DNA of 64,000 bases from Psammoneis japonica (lineage: Eukaryota). Below the pieces are notes generated by a model. That model was not told the origin of the DNA. It did not search any database and saw nothing but the letters and a program-made list of their open reading frames with translations. The stretch is taken from the NCBI GenBank assembly GCA_008632985.1, contig QPGO01000010.1, positions 310,001 through 374,000 on the forward strand, written 5' to 3'. The translations under genes and the position numbers were made by a program. Below are positions 1-10,976 of this stretch, one piece after another. Positions within the stretch are counted from its first letter, which is position 1; every line of letters begins with the position of its first letter.

Positions 1-321
1 CAGTTCGTCATCATCGTCTAAGGTTGGCAATTCGGAGTGTGGCATTGTTGTCGTCATGGTTATGCAAAATCACTTCTCGCCTTTCCCCGTCGGAGAAAGG
101 CCATTGCTCATTGGGTGTGAGCAGTGAGCAGTATTTGGCAAGCAGAATTCGGATCGAACGATCGATGGCTCACAAATTCCGGAGGGGCAATTATCGATGG
201 GACCCGTTTATTGCATTACCGAAGGCATATATAAAAATTTGATTATCATTCTTGTTCGGCATATATAAATTTAAATATAGTGCTGAACATAATTTATAAA
301 CGTCACATTTGGCTTGTGTCC

Positions 322-344
322 GTCAAAAGGCACTTGTGCTTCAA
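322..344 (+). repeat. 23-bp direct repeat, copy 1 (copy 2 at 15944-15966), bracketing block A
   Basis: gtcaaaaggcacttgtgcttcaa versus gtcaaaaggcgcttgtgcttcga: 21/23 identical, and both differences are CA vs CG. Confidence 0.7.
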
Positions 345-2299
345 CGCTTCGTTGCCGACATGCCGGTACGGTACATGCATGCTTCATGAAAAAAAAAAAA
401 ACAAGAAACAGCCATTCAGTGCAAGTGAAGCGTGCAATTGCATTGATGTTGACGTGTGTGTGTGTGTGATTTATTTCTGTTGTTGCAGTGAAAAGTGTGC
501 AAAATGCTGCTGTGAGTTGAGCATCGTCCCACGCTCGACTCATCAAAGCTCTGCCTGGCAAGGAGGTGTGGAGAGTGGAGGCACACACAGGCAGAAAGCA
601 GAAGCTGATCCAGATTCAATCACAAACAAGAAAATCACAAGCGCAAAAAGCATCAATGCACCACAGGACAATTGATGCTTGTCCAACAAAAAGCGGAGAA
701 GACCCAAATGTGTGGGAGCGAGGCAGCTCGCTGTGAGCAGCCCCCCCCCCCCCCCCCCCCCTTGGAAACATCACTTGCACAAGATGGTGCGTTGAACGAC
801 ATGCGCAATTTGCAGCAGATTGTGCCCCATTGTTGGCAAAACATCAGGTGCTCTTTGGCCCTTGTTGTGACAAAGCATGGGCTGCAGAGATGCCAGCAAG
901 AACATCCTGCTGTTGCTGAGAGCAGGCACACTGGCATGACTGCATGTCAGCTGCAAGTGAGCCTCGTGCATGTCAAAAACATCAAGCACTCAACTGCCCC
1001 CCAAATCATGCCCAGTGAGCAAACACTTTTGCTGCACAACATTGTGCGCTGTGAATGCAGCACCTGCACAAAGCTCTCTTTGTTTGTGAATGAAAATTCC
1101 TGGCGTGTGCACCCGAAGTGAGCCCACACAACTCATGTGACAAAACACTGTGCAGCAAAGTGTGAGCAGCAAAATCTTGGTCTCAGCCTCTGCCTTTGCC
1201 ATTTTTTGCAACCAAAGCTTCTGCTCAGCTTTGTGTGCCCCTGGGCATTTGGCTTTTTAAGACACACTGCCTTGCACAGCACCAATGGAGCAGCAATGGC
1301 AACTGGGCCTCTGCAATCAAACTTGCAGGCATGATGGAATCTGGCAAACAAATGAGCCATGCAGCTGTCTGCCTGAGAGCCACTGCCCTGCAAAATGCAC
1401 TCATGCACTGACAGCACTCCAAGCCAGCACCACCCAAAATGTTGCTTCTCTTAGAAACATTGCAGCAAGTGCAATTTGCACAAAATTGTCATTTTTTGTT
1501 CTCAACAACAGCTGCAAGTTGTGCATCAAAAGAGCAAAACACACAATGATGAAAGTGGGGCTCCTTTCTTTACAAAGTGAGGGGCAAGTGACACACTTTT
1601 TGAAGAGAAGAAGCACAAAAGCATGATGGCTGCCTGGCTGATGAATCATGTGCTTCTCTGTTTCTTTCATGTTCCCAACAAGCAGCTGCAACAAGGTTGT
1701 TGATGAAAACCAAACAGAGATGGGGGTGGACATGGCCCCAGCCAGGGCACCATGTTTCAAGCTGTGTGGTGGGCAGGGAAGGTGGGAAAAAGGGAAGAAC
1801 TTGGGGGCAACATTTCAAAAAAGGGGGGAAGTCATGTTTCATCTGGTGCAAGATGAAGGTCTTGGTTCCTTGGCACAAGCATGCTGGAGCATTGCACCAT
1901 TGAAATGCTGGCTGATGCAACATGCTCTTGCACTTGTTGCAGCAGGAGCACCCCCACTCCCTGGTGCATCCCAACAAAGGTTTTCCACATTTTTTCTGGG
2001 CTCATCCCATGCACACTCATTCATTTTCTTCTGCAGCGCCCTTTGGGTCAAGGGATCTAGAGCCATTGCCAGCTGGGTGGCTCTGATTTTGGGGCAACAC
2101 AAGACACAAACAAGAAGTTGCGGGTTGGCATTTTCCCTTGCCACAAGAAGTGCAAATTAATTGAAAGGCACACAGATCTTCTGTCCATCTGTCCTTTTGA
2201 CAAACATGATCTCGATCAATGCAAACCCCAAACAGCTGATCAGTCTCTGTTGGATCCTTCAAAAGGCCCAATGTTGCTGTTGTGACTCACCCATTTGGG

Positions 2300-2950
2300 T
2301 GATGATGTGACATTGGTTGCACCACAGGCTCAAAACTGAAGAAATTGAGCATCACACACAAAGTTGATGCTGCCACATTTGCCAAAAATGAAACAACTGA
2401 CAACAATGTGCGGTCTTGCTTTCCCATCACAATGTTGTTGTCCAAGTCCACTCTGAAAGCTGCCTTCACCATCTGGGCTCTGCTGGAAGCTTTGCCCAGA
2501 TTGCTCAGGCAAAGCAATGCAATTGCAGCCAGCTCTTTTTGACAGATCACAATCAGCTGCCATTTGTGACATGAACATGCCAAATGGATTCTCCAAGCCA
2601 AAGCACCTTGACCTGAAACATGGCATCCACCCCACCACATGCTCTCCCAGCCTGGCAAAGGTGCGCTCAACTGCTGGAAGTGCTGCTTCATTGCTTGTTG
2701 CAGTGCTGCAATCACTGTTGGAGCTTTTGGCAGATCCACTGCACTGAGGATGGCCAAACAACAGAGACTTGTCAGAGTGACACCAGAGCTCTTGAAACAA
2801 CACCAGATGCTTCCAAAGGACAAAGGACACAAATGGAAATGCCATGAATTTCCCACACTTGCTGCAAGACAAAGGCAACCTTGCCAACCATGTGGTGCTT
2901 GCAACATCACTCAATTGATCCAGCTTGAGACCACCCCAGGGCTCCTGGTG
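2300..2950 (-). mobile_element. Possible highly decayed reverse-transcriptase remnant (Gypsy/DIRS-like)
   Basis: Across frames the fragments AVDLPKA, RCFGLENPFGMF and RVDLDNNIVMG occur in the order expected for the RT motifs DLxxAY, MPFGLxNAPxxF and YLDDIIV. Weak similarity, judged by eye only. Confidence 0.3.
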
Positions 2951-4238
2951 CCTTTTGTGTTGACAATGCTCTGTCATTGTTGGCTGTTCAACAATGACAG
3001 AGTTTGATTTGTTTGTTTCAATCCATTCCAGTTGCACAAGGAAACCAACAAAAGGGGAAAAAAGGGATTCTGGATGTTCGACAATGTTGCACTTTGGGGA
3101 TTCAGAGGGTGCGCAACATGCTGCTTGATTGCAAGTGCAACCAAATGCAAAAGAAGCAAGCATTGGGCAGTTTCTGTGCACATGAGACTCTTGAATTGTG
3201 CTCATGCAGGTGTCGGGATTCTGGCTCCTCATGTGTGGATCCATTTCAAGTCAACCACAATGCAAAATGGAGTTCAAGCACTTTCATTCTCTGCCTCCAC
3301 AACTGCAAACATGGAGGTGCAATGACACTGCCAGAAGAGCTGTCTGGGAGAGAGAAAGTTCCAGCCAAGTGGCGCCACATTGTGGCTGGCTGCTGCTTTC
3401 CCCCCATTTTTGTCCACACCTGGGAGATGAGGTTCAGAGCATTCCAAAGCTTCTCCTGCAAGGCACAGTGTTGCCGCAGCATGAGTTCCAGCAACTTGTT
3501 TCCAGCCTTCAAAGGAAGTGTCTGGCATTTGTGCCATGACTGACAGAAACAAAAATGAGGCTTGAATTGACCAATGCTTGAATTGGTTCCTAAAATGAGG
3601 TGAGGTCAGCTTGCTGCTCTCCAGATGTCAGCATTGCAGCTTTTCCTTGTTGGTTCACAAATCCGTTGCTGACATTTGCTCGTGCCCTGTTGAGCGGCAA
3701 TTGTTTTTTTTGTTCTTGAAACAAATGCCTGCAATGGTTGGCTTTGCCTCGACGATCAGCGAGGGGGGCAAGGGAATTGTTCAACAACTGTCAAGTGAAC
3801 AACGAGCTCATGAAAACAGGGGACACACTTGAACACTTGTCAATGAGTTTGCAAACTTTGTCATTGCTGCTGGTTCAATCAAACACTCAACAAAAATGCA
3901 CCCATGTCATCTGTTCCCTTGTTGAGGCTGGTGGGTGCCACTCAAAAACATGATTTGTCACCTTGTCTTTTGACAAACCCACGCAACAAGTCGCACCACT
4001 CAGAACAGCATCTGAAAGCAGATGGACAGTTTGTGGTTGCTGCTCTCCAGATGCAATCCAAAAAAGCCACGTGATGAACAAAAAAGTGAAAAGTGCCCAG
4101 AGTTGCAGGAAGTTGTTTTGAGCCAACAGAGCATGCAGTTGATGCACTCAGAAAGAAGTCAATGACTCCAAGATCAGCTCTTCTCCCAGACTTGCAAAAT
4201 CAGCACAGTGGAAGCCAAGGATTGTCAGCGCAAATCCA

Positions 4239-4460
4239 TTTTCTTGCATGAGAGGTGTTCTCAAAACCAGCAGCTCTCCAATCTAAAACAAAGAGTTCAG
4301 TGCAAGCAATGCCTGCAATCTCAATTGGGCTGCAAAAAACTCTGACACTGGCTTCTCAATCTGCTCAGGGGCATCAGCCAGAAGATGCAAATCTGATCAA
4401 CTTTGTCATGGATCACATTCTTCAAACAAAAGTCTTGACAGTGCAGCTCCGAGTGACTCT
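4239..4460 (+). repeat. TpA/CpG-mutated copy of a sequence also present unmutated at about 42562-42750
   Basis: Shared blocks: ttttcttgca(TG/TA)agagg(TG/TA)tt, cag(CA/TA)gctctYcaatctaaaacaa, and aagatgcaaatctgatcaactttgtcat. Confidence 0.85.
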
Positions 4461-6266
4461 GGGGCCCTGGCAAACTGCGCACATTGTTTTTTGGGAAAAC
4501 AGGCGTTGTGCAGCTGATGCAGTCATGCAAGTGAGAGGCAGTTGTCGTGTGCAAGTTTCTCCATCTGAGTGCACAAAATTCAAACAGATCATGGCACCAC
4601 AATCAGCAGTGTGTTGGCAGGGTTTGTTGTTGTCTCATCAGCTTGATTTTGACAGTCTCTGCAGGTGGCAGGTTGGCACGCTGTCAGGATGAGTGGGGTC
4701 CCACCAAATTGGGGTCCCTCAATGTCTGCAGAGGGACAGACCTGCACCATCCTCCCACTTGGGTTGTCCGGAGCTGATCTGGGATGAGGGAATGTGGGAA
4801 TGTGGTCCCCCCTGAGGCAACAATGGGTTGTCCAAACCACTGTGATGCTCATTCTCATGTTGACACAGCTGCATGCTTCCAAATGTGGTTTTTGTCACTT
4901 GTCTGACAGTTTTGACACCATCTTGCAAAGCATTGCCTTGGCTTCTTTGCCAAGTGGTCTGTTGCATGACACAATGAAGGGAGCAAAATGATGTCATTGC
5001 TCAAGACAGGGCTTGAGGTGCTCGTGCTTTTTCTCACATTTGTGGTCTGCTGGGACCTGGAGTTGCTTGGAATTCCCAAGATGCAACCAGAAGGGTTGAC
5101 AAGAGGTTTGTTGCATGCACGGCTACAGGAAGGTTTGCAAGCCTTGCCAGTTGGGTCACCCAGGTTGTCATGCCCTTCATCATGTCATGAGACAACTCTG
5201 GGCCTCCCTTCTTGCACTGAAGGGTGTGCTTGTTTGACAGCTCTGGCCTTGAGGTTGGGCAGACTGGTCCAGAGGATCGTTTCAAGGGTCTCACAGCATG
5301 CTTTGACTTTTTGTTTGGCTGTTTCTTGTTTTGCTTTGCACACGGTGTGCTTGTGGACTGCAGAAGAGAGCTGGGGGTGGCCACAGAGTGAGTTGATCAA
5401 GCGGGTGCATGTGAGAGTGCCCACTTTGCAGTCATGAGCTGCAAACTCTGTTGGATGAGGGATGGACAATCCAAAAAATTGATTTGGAGGGCAGATGGGG
5501 CCAGTCTTGGGTTGCAGTCAGCCAAGGTCTCATGGATTGGCACTGGCAGAAAGTTGTGCTGCACCATGTGCTCTGCTTCTGCAAACAATTCGCTGCAGTC
5601 CTTGACTGCATGCTGAGTGCACTGCCACTTGGGTGTTGCAGAGACTTCTGCAGACTGGCACAGGCAGTCTGAGGGTGGTGAACCACAATCTTGGCAAGTC
5701 CTTGGATGACCGATGTCCATGACTTGGCTTTTTCCATCAGCCAATGGTTGCATGCATTCGTCTCACCAACAAAGCCTCTGAGGCAGAAACTGCCAGAGAC
5801 TTGACAGTGAAGCCAAGGTCTCCAAAGTGTGCTCCAGCATTTTCCAGGTTGCACTCTGGGACTGCCAGGATGTTCTTGGAGTTGTCAGCAGGGCAGCATC
5901 CATGCTTGGGCCCTGGGCTTGGAGAGTCAAGAAAAAACCTGCAGGATGTTAAATTTTCGCACTGCTGCAGAGTCATCAGCAGCGTGCTGAGGGTTGAATG
6001 TGTCATTGAAGCATTTGTTCAACTCCCAGTCCAGTGGAAGAAGTCCCACCAGCCCATGTGCTGCCACACCAAGCAGGTCACCCTGCATGATGCCTTCTTT
6101 GCTGAACAAAATGAAGGCAATTCTGATGTTCCCGCAGATGAGCAAGATGCTCCAGTGCTCACAGCTGTTGAAGGTGAACCTTCTTGTTGCACTGCATGGT
6201 CAAAGGTGTCTGGTGTTGCATGATGCTGAGATCCTGTTCTCTTCATTCAACCCACTGGAGGTGACA

Positions 6267-6743
6267 TGCAATGTGCAGCTGCCAATGAGAGCCAACGCAT
6301 CACGGCGATGTGTTGCAGCCTTGAAATTCACAAAGGGCGTGACAAAAACAACCTTTTGTCTGCATGCATGCTGCACTGTGAATTCACAGCGGAGTGGTTC
6401 ATCGCAACCATCAGGCAGGAGGCCAGGGGTTCGAAACCCTGAGTGGGAGTTGTCTGCAGCAACGTTGATCACTGTCGAACGCGCAAAACTCTGTGCAGTT
6501 CTGTGTGTTTCTTCGTGCGCACCCACACTGTTCCGCCAAAACCGTTCAGTGTCAGCACACATTGGCAAAGAGCCGCATGGATGCGTGACACATGGGGAGG
6601 AGTGCAACACACAGCTGCTGACAAGAGTCAATGCATCACGGCGACGTGTTGCAGCCTTTGAATGTGTCACAGCGACGTGTTGCAGCCTTCAAATGTCACA
6701 AAGGGCGTGACAAAAACAACCTTTTGTCCGCATGCACACTGCA
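6267..6743 (+). mobile_element. TRIM-like miniature LTR retroelement (477 bp) inserted in the CRE-type RT
   Basis: Direct repeats 6267-6375 and 6603-6743 (the second has an internal duplication of about 31 bp), each bounded by TG...CA. Purine tract GGGGAGGAG at 6594-6602 abuts the second repeat. 4-bp TSD GACA at 6263-6266 and 6744-6747. Removing the insert restores the RT frame (LFVVTSSGLNEEN). Confidence 0.8.
6387..6438 (+). promoter_or_regulatory. tRNA-type RNA polymerase III internal promoter (A-box and B-box) inside the TRIM
   Basis: CAGCGGAGTGG (6387-6397) matches the A-box TRGCNNAGYGG apart from T>C in a TpA. GGTTCGAAACC (6428-6438) matches the B-box and lies within a CAGGG/CCCTG stem. 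Spacing is tRNA-like. Confidence 0.55.
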
Positions 6744-8354
6744 GACAACAAAAAGAGACCCCCCGCAGTCATTTTTGAATTTGTGTTGCTGCCAGAGCAT
6801 GCTCATTGCATGGACAGCACCTTCCATGCCAGTGCATGACTGGTCTGTCCCACAAGCTTCTTTGGCCTCTGCTCCTGCAACTGGGAGAATGGCTTTGGTG
6901 GTGGCTTGTTGCCATGCCCCCCCCCCCCCCCCCCCCCCCGACTGGGCACGCACTCAGATTTTTGTCCAGTGCAATGAGCTGCTTTGCCATGATTGCACGG
7001 CAGGCAGCCCACAGGGGTGACTCATTTGCCAGCCAATTTGTGAATGCACGCAACACTTCTCTGAGCAATCTGCTGGCCTTTCCATGATGGAGAAGCCACT
7101 CTGATGCTGTGTCAGCATCAGATCTGCCAAGTTCTGTGCTCCCAGATGGTCTTCGCATGAGATGGTCTTGACAGCACCATCTCGGTGGCAAGGATGTCTT
7201 GAAGTTCCGGTGGCTCACCAAACTTGTGAAAATGGTTTTCATCCAGAATTCTCAGGTTTGGATGTTTCTGCTGAAGTGCCTCAAACGCTGTGTCATTGGT
7301 TTTTTCATTGATGTCATCCAGTGCAAGAATTTCACCTTTTTTGCATTCAGAAATGCAGCCAGCCACTCCTCTTGGGTTCCTTTGAGCGCCATTCTGTTGA
7401 ATGGCTTGGCAAGCTGCTCAGGTGTCTCTTCTCTTTAAATGGTCTTCAGGTTTGCTTCAAGTTGCTGCTCTGGTGACTGGACCAGCATTTTGTGCTCACT
7501 TGCACCCCAATTGTCCATGCACATGCTGAGCAAAGTTTCAATGTCCTTGGCTCCTTCTGCACTGCAATCCTGCTGCAAAACAGCCATTTGGTGCACTGCA
7601 AACCTTTCCAAGTTCCACTTCCACATTGTGATTCCATGCAGCAGCTCTGCCAATGTTGCAATGAATCATTTTCCAACTGAGCCCTTTGGTGCATCACATC
7701 ATTGCATGGGTGGGGCGCTGGCCGGCACCAGTGCTCTTGCCATGCGTTGTCATTCAACATTCCACCACCCAGCTCAATGCCATCACTGCGATGATGTGTC
7801 TTGCCATGTGTCTCATGTGTGGTGTGCTCTGCTTCTGAATTGAAGTTGTTGGGTGTGGCGTTGGTGTTGTCAATTGACAGAACAACAGCCCCTTCCAAGA
7901 AGCCTTCTCTGTCCTCCAACTGTGCACTCCCCCCTGTGGCAGCATCAACCTCCTCACCATCTTTGCCCTCGCCAATGTCTGTCTCTTGATTGTTGGGTGC
8001 AATGTTCTCTTTGTTGGCTTTGGTGTCAGCCTTGTCTTTGTCTTGTTTGTCAGTGGCACCAGGGGTGTCATTGACAAATTGACAAATTTTTGGTTGAAGT
8101 GGACTGGATTCTGGGGAGGTCAGAAGTTTCTGCAGCTTCTTGTCCAAATTTCTCTCTGTCATGCTTGAGCCACAAGTTGGGAGTCCTTCCTTGTTCATGC
8201 ATTTGCAGAAGCAAACACAGGAGGCACATGGTTGATCATGTTTGCAGCATGATGAACAGCTGTGTGTTTGGCAGGTTGATCCCAAGGTGCCATTGCAGCA
8301 CGTCTTCCCACCAAATCTCTTTGCTTGTTCTTCCTCATTGGTGTGAAGGGCAAG

Positions 8355-8700
8355 TGTTTGAGTCTCCACTCTTGAAGCCACCTCCTGTGCCCTTCACACA
8401 CTCCCACCTTTGAAGAACATGCTTCTTGAGATTGTGCCCATCCTTGATGTCTCTCAAGACCTGCAGACCTCTGTTGGTGCCCACGTGTTTGAGGACAACC
8501 AAGGGGCTCACCATCTGGCTGCCAACCACTGCATCACAAATCACACCAAGAATTTTCTTGTCAAGTGGCATTGGCTCTGGTCTCACTGTGACAAGTTTGA
8601 CATGTTCAAGGTGGAATCAGCTGATCAACTCACTGATTTTCTGACAAAGCCTTTGACCAGAGAACTCTCCGAGAACAACAGATTGAAGGTTTGGGGTTGG
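8355..8700 (+). mobile_element. Ty1/copia RNase H fragment (decayed)
   Basis: VFEDNQGAHHLAANHCITNHTKNFLVKWHWLW...VESADQLTDFLTKPL...GW matches the copia RNase H C-terminus (EDNxxA, RTKH, QLADxxTKPL). A purine tract GAGACAGAGAGGG lies downstream at about 8842-8854. Confidence 0.75.
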
Positions 8701-9507
8701 CAGATTTGTGCTGGAGTGGCATTCCCTCATTTGTCACATGTTGTGGCTTGGTCAAAGTGCAGGAGCTTTGCTCTGAACTTGTGCCAATTGTGCAAGCTTT
8801 CTTGTTTGCAGCTTCTTTGTTGGTTGCTGGAATCTGTGAATGAGACAGAGAGGGTCGTGGGTCATCTGTCCACGGCCCAAATTCCCGTGTGTCTGTTCTT
8901 CCATCAACGGAATTCTCGTTGAAATTCTTTTCATGCCACGTCAACACAGAAACTCAAGTCCATTGCTTTGAGGATCACAGGCATTTCATGGATGTTGGGC
9001 CAACCACAGATTGGTTCAGCAGCACTTGGATGATTGTTGAGAATGTGGTCAGCCCCGAAACTTGCACTGGTCTCTGGCACAAGTGTGCGGGTGACCACTG
9101 AAGTTGTGCACTCCGCAGATTCAGTTTTGTGCAGCTTCCAATCTGGTCACCAGTGGTTTTGTGAAAGACTTTTGACTGGACTCTTGTCACCACTTCTCAG
9201 TGGGTGCTGTCCACTTGTGCTCTGTCTGAGGCATTGGCTTGCCGCGTTCTTCACACTGGCAATTGGTGAATTTCATGCTTAAAGTGCAGTTGGCTGTGCT
9301 GCACATCATGAAAAAGACAAGCATCAAAGGCTTCACCAAACAAATGGTGCTGTTGCAAACTCTCAATTGTGCATGCAACGCCTTTTGGTGATGGCATTTC
9401 CATGATCTAAAGTGGCTGTTTGCTGGTGACCACTTCTGCTGTTGGTTTTTTCTGAACTGCAATGCATGACCAACCAAAAGGTGACACTGCTGTGTTCCTG
9501 CTGCCAG

Positions 9508-10557
9508 TCACATCACCGCCACCAGTGCAACATTTTGCCACATTTGTTTGTGTGATGAAAATGTTGTTGTTGCACTGCAAAGGGTTCTGACACACCCATT
9601 TGTTTGAAGCAGCCAATTCAGAGAGCCTGTTTTCTTCATCCTTCTTGACCCGTTTGGCCCCTTTCCTTCTTTTCTTCTTTGTTGCACGTCTCTCTCTCTC
9701 TCTCTCCCATTTTGCTTTGTCCATTCTTGTTGTTCATTTGAGGGTTCTTGTCTCTTGAATGCATCTGAAGCTGTGTCATCCTCCCCCATTGGACTTGCTT
9801 CCACTTGCGCTGCAATCTTGTTGGCATCTGGAGAAGTGCCTTCCTTCTCTTTTTGACCTGCTGCCACTGTTGGATCCACTTTCCTTGCAATCTTGAACAT
9901 GCTGTGTGTTGCATTCTGTTGATGGAATGACATCCAAAAGACATCCTGTTTTGCACCTTCATCCCAGCAATTCAGCAACTCCCAATCCCTTTCATCAAGC
10001 TTGACACAGTGAAGACAAGGCTGAGTGTCCATCAGGATGCCATTCTCTGCAAAACATGCCACTGCATGTTTGACTTTGACACCATCTTTGTCCAAAAAAT
10101 CCATGATTGCAAGACACATTCCATCTTCTTTCAGAAGCAAAGCCAGTTTACTTTGGTGTTCGTGGGGGCCAAGCCTTTGCACAAAAAATCCTTCACTCTC
10201 AAAAAACCAAGTGAAGTTCTTGGGCAACACCCGTTTGCATCTCAGAGCCAATTTGTTTTGGATCACCATTTTAGAAATGTGCAGTTTCTCTCTCTCCTTT
10301 TTGTTGGGGGAGCCATGCATTTGAGAACATGAATGCAGTGTCCAGAGTGCAACATCCCACCGGCACGTGAAGTTTGTTGCAGCAAAATCCATCTTCTTTA
10401 GCCTCGGCTGGGGACAAAATTCTGGCACCCACAACTGCATTGTTTCTTTGTTCCCATGTTCCTTTCTCAACTGTTTGGCAGTTTTGTTGACAGGACAATG
10501 AGCAACCAGCTCAGTCCCTGGTGGCAAAATCAGATGGACCCCCCAAGCGCACGCCAC
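9508..10557 (-). pseudogene. Remnant of a coding sequence of unknown function inside TE block A
   Basis: 349-codon open frame with globular-looking segments (TNFTCRWDVALW; KHAVACFAENGILMDTQP) and a charged tail. It has no Tyr. ORF length is weak evidence here because TAA/TAG stops are depleted. Confidence 0.35.
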
Positions 10558-10976
10558 TCAAGTTGCCAATTGCAGCTGCTTTGGCATCCGCAGTTGCAGC
10601 ATGTGACACTCCTTTGATGGCAGAGCAGCCCACAATGCAAGCTCCGTGGTCGCCCACTGTCATGGAGCTCGGGGGTGCATTGACTTCTTCTTCCTCTTTT
10701 TCTTCATCAGAGTCACAAAGAAGCTGCTGCCACCCATTGTTGCCAGAAGATTCATTGTCCATGTTTGTGTTCTGAAACTGAGATGAAACTGATTTGAAGC
10801 AGATTGTGTCAACAACAACCATGATCATGCAAGAAAACAACAAAGAGAGTCATTCTCTCACACCTGTGGCTCAATTGCGTTTTCTTGCGGGACTTTCTCC
10901 ATGCAAGGAGGCCATTTCATTGGATTTGTTTGCAGCTTGCAACAATCCAGAGGCAACACTGCACACTTGTGTCACT

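Larger units (their letters stand above)
5030..8300 (-). mobile_element. Decayed non-LTR retrotransposon (CRE/RLE-type reverse transcriptase)
   Basis: Frame-hopping peptides in the correct order: WNLERFAVHQMAVLQ, LQQKHP, WLANESPLWAACRAIMAKQLIALDK, EACGTDQSCTGMEGAVHAM, FSKEGIMQGDLL, QHAADDSAA (WYADD equivalent), GPKHGCCP, HPQTACASLQKSLQ, and HTLQCKKGG (zinc-knuckle region). Interrupted by the 6267-6743 insertion. Confidence 0.8.

Noticed and set aside
6376..6450. A functional tRNA gene
   Set aside because: A- and B-boxes are present, but I could not fold an acceptor stem or anticodon arm. Reported only as a tRNA-derived promoter.
6290..6700. CRISPR-like array (cacggcgacgtgttgcagcc repeated three times)
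   Set aside because: The copies are explained by two LTR-like repeats plus one internal duplication. There are no regular spacers or cas genes, and the context is eukaryotic.
741..6939. Poly-C tracts at 741-761 and 6917-6939 as functional G-quadruplex or poly-Pro elements
   Set aside because: The second lies in a Gly-rich RT codon run of a dead element. Slippage or homopolymer length error is sufficient.
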